A stretch of 64,000 bases of DNA from assembly GCA_025594325.1 (NCBI GenBank), contig JANHCV010000001.1:4278001-4342000 (forward strand), read 5' to 3'. Below are positions 59,683 to 64,000 of this stretch, piece by piece. Numbering within the stretch: the first letter of the stretch is position 1; each line of letters starts with the position of its first letter. Made by a program: the position numbers and the translations under genes. This stretch comes from Blastocladiella emersonii ATCC 22665 (taxonomy: Eukaryota; Fungi; Blastocladiomycota). The notes beneath the pieces were generated by a model. The model was not told the origin of the DNA, did no database searches, and worked only from the letters and a program-made list of their open reading frames with translations.

Positions 59683-59898
59683 GAACTGCGATCCCGTTCT
59701 CATTAAGAAATATCTCTACGGTTGCGGCCATCGTTTAAGTCTTGACGCCTGTTCGGGAAGTGAGTGCGCCGCGGTTCTCCCAAGCCACACCGCTTCGACC
59801 GACCGGCGCCACCGCGGTCTTCAAGGCTCCCTCCCCGCTCTCGCTCCCCTTGCAGCGGCAACGCACCCCACTGGATGAATTACTCGTAGCTCGTTGCA

Positions 59899-60813
59899 AT
59901 GTCATCCACGCCACGCGACATCAACCAGACCTTCACGGCGCCGGCGGCACAGCTGAGCCTCCCGGTCATCATCGCCATCCCCGTCATCGTCGCGGCGGTG
60001 CTGGTCGTGGTGACGCACCTTGTGCTGCGGCGCATTCACTCGGCGTTCCGCGACGCCGGCGACGGGCACAAGGACGCGGGCGACTCGTCGAGCGGGTCGG
60101 GCGCGCACAAGGACTCGAGCACCTTCCTCACGCAGCACCCGGCGACCACGGCCACCATCGCCGGCAACCAGTTCACCTTCACCAACAACGGCGCCGGCAC
60201 CAACAACACGACGGTGCGCATCGAGAACGGCGCCTTCCTCATCGACTTCAACGACGAGTTTGCCAGCGTCCAGTGCAACGCGCTGTTCAACATGGAGGTG
60301 ACGATTCTCAGCAAGGACAACCCGTCGACCGTCGTGGCCATGGGCTACGGCCGCTTCCCGTACCCCGATTTCCGTCTCCCGGGCTGGCACCAGGGCTCGG
60401 TCGCGTACCACACCAACGAGCGCAAGTTCGCCGACCGCGGCGGCTTCGTCGGCCACGCGTTCCCGCTCGTCACGGACCCGAACGTCACCATCCCCAAGAA
60501 CATGGCCAACACGTACACGTTCACGCTCAACCAGCGCACCAACGAGGTGTACATCACGCAGGGCGAGGGCATGTTCCGCTTCGACCGCGTGCTGGCCAAC
60601 AACACCGAGTTCCGCCCGAACGAGCACCCGTACTACCCGATCATTGGCGCCAACGGCCGGTGCACGGTGCGCGTCCGCGTCATCCAGCGGCCCGACGCCG
60701 AGATCGTCGACACGGCCAACCGCGCGTACCGCGCCGAGGGCATGAACGTCCAGCTCTCGCCGGTCCCGTCGCCCATGACCACGCACTCGCACACGTTTGC
60801 GCAGCAGCATTAA
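59899..60813 (+). CDS. Single-TM SPRY-domain protein (Ssh4/Ear1-like)
   Basis: N-terminal TM; VAMGYGRFPYPDFRLPGWHQGSVAYH; YYPIIGA. Confidence 0.82.
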   Translation: MSSTPRDINQTFTAPAAQLSLPVIIAIPVIVAAVLVVVTHLVLRRIHSAFRDAGDGHKDAGDSSSGSGAHKDSSTFLTQHPATTATIAGNQFTFTNNGAGTNNTTVRIENGAFLIDFNDEFASVQCNALFNMEVTILSKDNPSTVVAMGYGRFPYPDFRLPGWHQGSVAYHTNERKFADRGGFVGHAFPLVTDPNVTIPKNMANTYTFTLNQRTNEVYITQGEGMFRFDRVLANNTEFRPNEHPYYPIIGANGRCTVRVRVIQRPDAEIVDTANRAYRAEGMNVQLSPVPSPMTTHSHTFAQQH

Positions 60814-61002
60814 ACTCTCTACCCGTTCTGTACCTTCCTTGATTTTCTGGCTTTCAATAGAGAAATACTTCTCCGACTTGCGGTGTCACGCGAGAGACTC
60901 GAATCCGTGGCCACGTGCCTCGGCCGCGGTTGGCCGCCCCTGCCCTGCCTGCCTCGCGAACTCGGTCCTTACCGCTAAGAGGCACCCACGACTCTGTGCA
61001 AC

Positions 61003-64000
61003 ATGACAACGGGATCGCGCGAGAATGACTTTCACAAGCAGTGGGCGGCATGGTTGAAGGGCGACCAGACCGCCGTCGCCGTGGCCAAGGCCGCGCTCGC
61101 CCAGCAGCACTCGCGGAGCGTCTCCTCCCTCTGGGGTGTGTTGTCCGCCGCTACTGGTCCTTGTATGCGACCTCATGCTGATGCAGTAACCGGTGCTTTG
61201 TAGACCTGTTCGTGCCGCAGGACCGCTTCGCGCAGTTCTTCCACGAGCTCGTTGATCTGGTCCAGGACTCGTCGGCCGCATGGAGCACCCGCACCACGGC
61301 GCTCGAGTTTGTCTGCCTGTGCTTCCACTGCATCGAGGTCGAGATGGTCCGCAAGGAGTCGTTCCGGTACGCCGCAGCGCCGACCACCCCTCCGCTTCCG
61401 ACCCGCACCCTAACCGTCCGCTGACGAGTGTAGCCTGGTCTCGATCGGCATCTGGTCCAACCTCGCGACACCTGAGCGCCTGCAGCTCGAGCTCGCCAAG
61501 AGCAGCGTGCTGCCCAAGCTGTGGAAGCACCACCAGCGCAAGCTCGCCAAGGCGGCGTCCGACGCCGAGCGCGCGCGCCTCGTCGCCGAGCAGTCGTGGC
61601 TGTCGTCGCTCGTCGCCCAGCTCGCCGCAGAGCTGCGCGGCGTCACGCCCGCGGCCGCTGCCAAGGGCAAGGGCAAGGCCGCTGCGGCGGCAGCGTCGCC
61701 GGACCACGCGCGCTTCATCTGCCGGATCGTGCAGCTCCTCGTCGAGCTCGAGAGCCAGCTGCCGACGCGCCGCCTCGTGCACGCGCTGCTCGACGACCAC
61801 GACGTGCTGCGCCTGATCGAAGCCGCCGCCGCGTCGTCGCGGACACTCTCGCCCGAGCTCGCGCGGTGGATCGCGGTCCTCCGCGTCTTCATCCTGTTCG
61901 AGGTCGACGAGCACTCGGGCGAGGTGCTGTCCGCGGACCAGGCCGACCAGCGCCGCGAGGACCGCCTCGTCAACGTCCAGCGCCTCATCTTCACGCAGTT
62001 CCGCGACTCGCTCCTCGACCTCGCCATGGCGCACCTCAACCAGCTGCAGGACCCCGAGTTCCTCCGCACGCACATTGGCCGCGTCGCGGACGACGTGCTT
62101 GACGCGCTGCTCGCCGCCCTGCACGTCCGCGGAACGCACCTCCCGCTGGCCCCGGGCGCCGAGCCACTGCCGCTGAGCCGCGACGACAAGGTCGCGGCCG
62201 CCGTGAGCCACCTCGCGGCGCACGCGTCGCCGCTCAAGGACTTCCGCCAGCTGCCGCTGTACCCGGTCGCGACCAACTCGGTCGTCGACGCGCTCGTCCC
62301 GCCGCTCTCGCTGCAGTACCTGTCCCTGTCCGACTACCTGTTCCGGCACCTGGTGCTGTACCGCAAGGAGAGCGGGTACGCGATCGCGGCCGACGTCGAG
62401 GAGGCCGTGGGCCGGCTGCGCCCCGCCTTCAACGACGCCGCCGACACCACCGAGTTCCGCGGGCGCAGCCGCATGGCGCTCGCCCCCGACACGTGCGTCG
62501 TGGTGCACGTCGGGCGCATGGCGGCGTTCGACCCGGCGCCCTCGCGCGTCGAGCTCGAGGTCAAGTACTCGACGGCCAACTACCGCCGCGAGGTCGCCCG
62601 CGAGTGGGACTCGCTTAGCCGCGGCGAGGTCGTGTTCCTCGCCTCGGTCGACGCCACCCGCGACGGCAAGTTCAAGGTCAACCACGTCCGCGCCGGCGTC
62701 GTCGACACCGTGCTCGGGTACGACGGCCGGTCGCTGTTCGCGACCGAGGTGATCGAGCGCGGCGGCCCCGCGCCCACGCAGGACCAGCTCGCGCGCCGCA
62801 CGCTGCGCGTGCTCCTCGACCGCCACCAGTACCGCCTCGACATGGCCGAGCTCAAGGCGGCGGTCGGCGAGAATGGAGACGACGAGGCCGAGAACGAGGC
62901 GGATATCTACGGGTCGTTCAACGTGCTCGTGCGGCGCAACCGCCGCGAAAACAACTTCTGGGCGGTGCTCGACGCGATCCGCGAGCTGTACGACCAGAAG
63001 ACGGCGCTGCCCGCGTGGTTCGCCGAGGCGTTCCTCGGATACGGCAACCCGCGCGCCGTCCACTACTCGCACTTTGACGAGAACAAGCGCGTCTACTTCC
63101 ACGACACGTTCCTCGACGCCGACCATCTGCGCGAGAGTTTCCCGGGCAAGGTGCGTTACGGCGATGGCATGGCGCGACCGCACTCGACTAACGCGACAAC
63201 GCGGTGTAGACGATCGCTTTTGACGGCGACGCGACGGACCGCGTGGTGCTCGACTTCTCGGACGAGTCGACGGTGCGCGTGACGCGTGTCCCGTCGGCAC
63301 CGGTCAGCATGTTCCAGACCTCGCTGCCGCCCGAGAACAAGATCCGGTTCACGCCGACGCAGGTCGAGGCGATCCGGTCGGGCACGTCGCACGGGCTGAC
63401 ACTCGTTGCGGGTCCGCCGGGCACGGGCAAGACTGACGTGACGGTGCAGCTGCTGTGCAACCTGTACCACAGCAAGCCGACGGAGCGGATCCTGCTGCTC
63501 ACGCACAGCAACCAGGCGCTCAACCAGCTGTTCGAGAAGCTCCTGCACCTCAACCACATCCCGGAGCGGCACCTGCTCCGGCTCGGGCACGCCGACGACG
63601 AGCTCATCTCGGCGTATGACCAGTACGGCCGCGTCACCCACTTCATGGACCGCCGCGCCGCGCTGCTCCAGCAGGTCGACGCGCTGGCGCGCACCATGGG
63701 CGTCCCCGGCGACCACGCCTTCTCGTGTGAGACGGCCGCGTCGTTCTTCAAGTACCACGTCCAGGCGGCGTGGGATGGGTTCCTCGCCGCCATCGCCGCG
63801 CCAGGGGTTTCGGCCGAGGCCGCGGTCGCCGCGTTCCCGTTCACGGGCTTCTTCGCCGCGCTGCGGCCCGAGCCGGCGCTGTTCGACGGAACCGACTCGG
63901 CCGAGTCCGTGCGCGGTGTCGCCGAGGCGTGCTGGCAGCACCTGGCATCCATGATGCACGACGTGGCGCAGTCGCGTGCGTTCGAGGTGCTCAAGACGGA
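61003..64000 (+). CDS. AQR: Intron-binding spliceosomal helicase Aquarius (Cwf11/IBP160), truncated by the window end
   Basis: LQYLSLSDYLFRHLVLYRKES, VLVRRNRRENNF, GLTLVAGPPGTGKTD, LLLTHSNQALNQLFEK. Confidence 0.95.

Noticed and set aside
1-64000. A functional gene cluster (biosynthetic or defence)
   Set aside because: Neighbouring genes have unrelated housekeeping functions; no backbone enzyme or coherent pathway.

Overview
Gene-dense, GC-rich eukaryotic DNA with short (mostly 50-80 nt) spliceosomal introns (GTRCGY donors, CTRAC-like branch points, YAG acceptors). The gene content (WDR34/dynein-2 chain, fungal-type MscS, Gep4, Swf1, Cue2, Ssh4, copper-fist factor, class C-like GPCR) points to a flagellated, early-diverging fungus, possibly Blastocladiomycota or a chytrid; this is inference only. 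I reconstructed about 30 protein-coding genes by hand, several of them split or hidden in the ORF track. No CRISPR, rRNA, tRNA or intact transposon was seen. Most genes are housekeeping. The most notable items are: (1) a ~1246-aa Venus-flytrap/7TM class C-like GPCR with a spliced-on C-terminal PH-like domain; (2) a copper-fist transcription factor with a long SCCAP-repeat metallothionein-like tail; (3) a Cue2-like Smr nuclease with a duplicated C-x3-C-x6-C-x2-H motif; (4) a decayed tandem pseudogene island (36.1-38.6 kb) related to an intact gene at 53-54.4 kb, with a likely gene-conversion tract; (5) a frameshifted Ulp1 protease relic; (6) a hidden 4-exon BORCS7-like gene; (7) a 7-nt micro-exon and a GC-AG intron. 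All family assignments come from motif recognition, not database searches. I cannot claim a confirmed new biological system.
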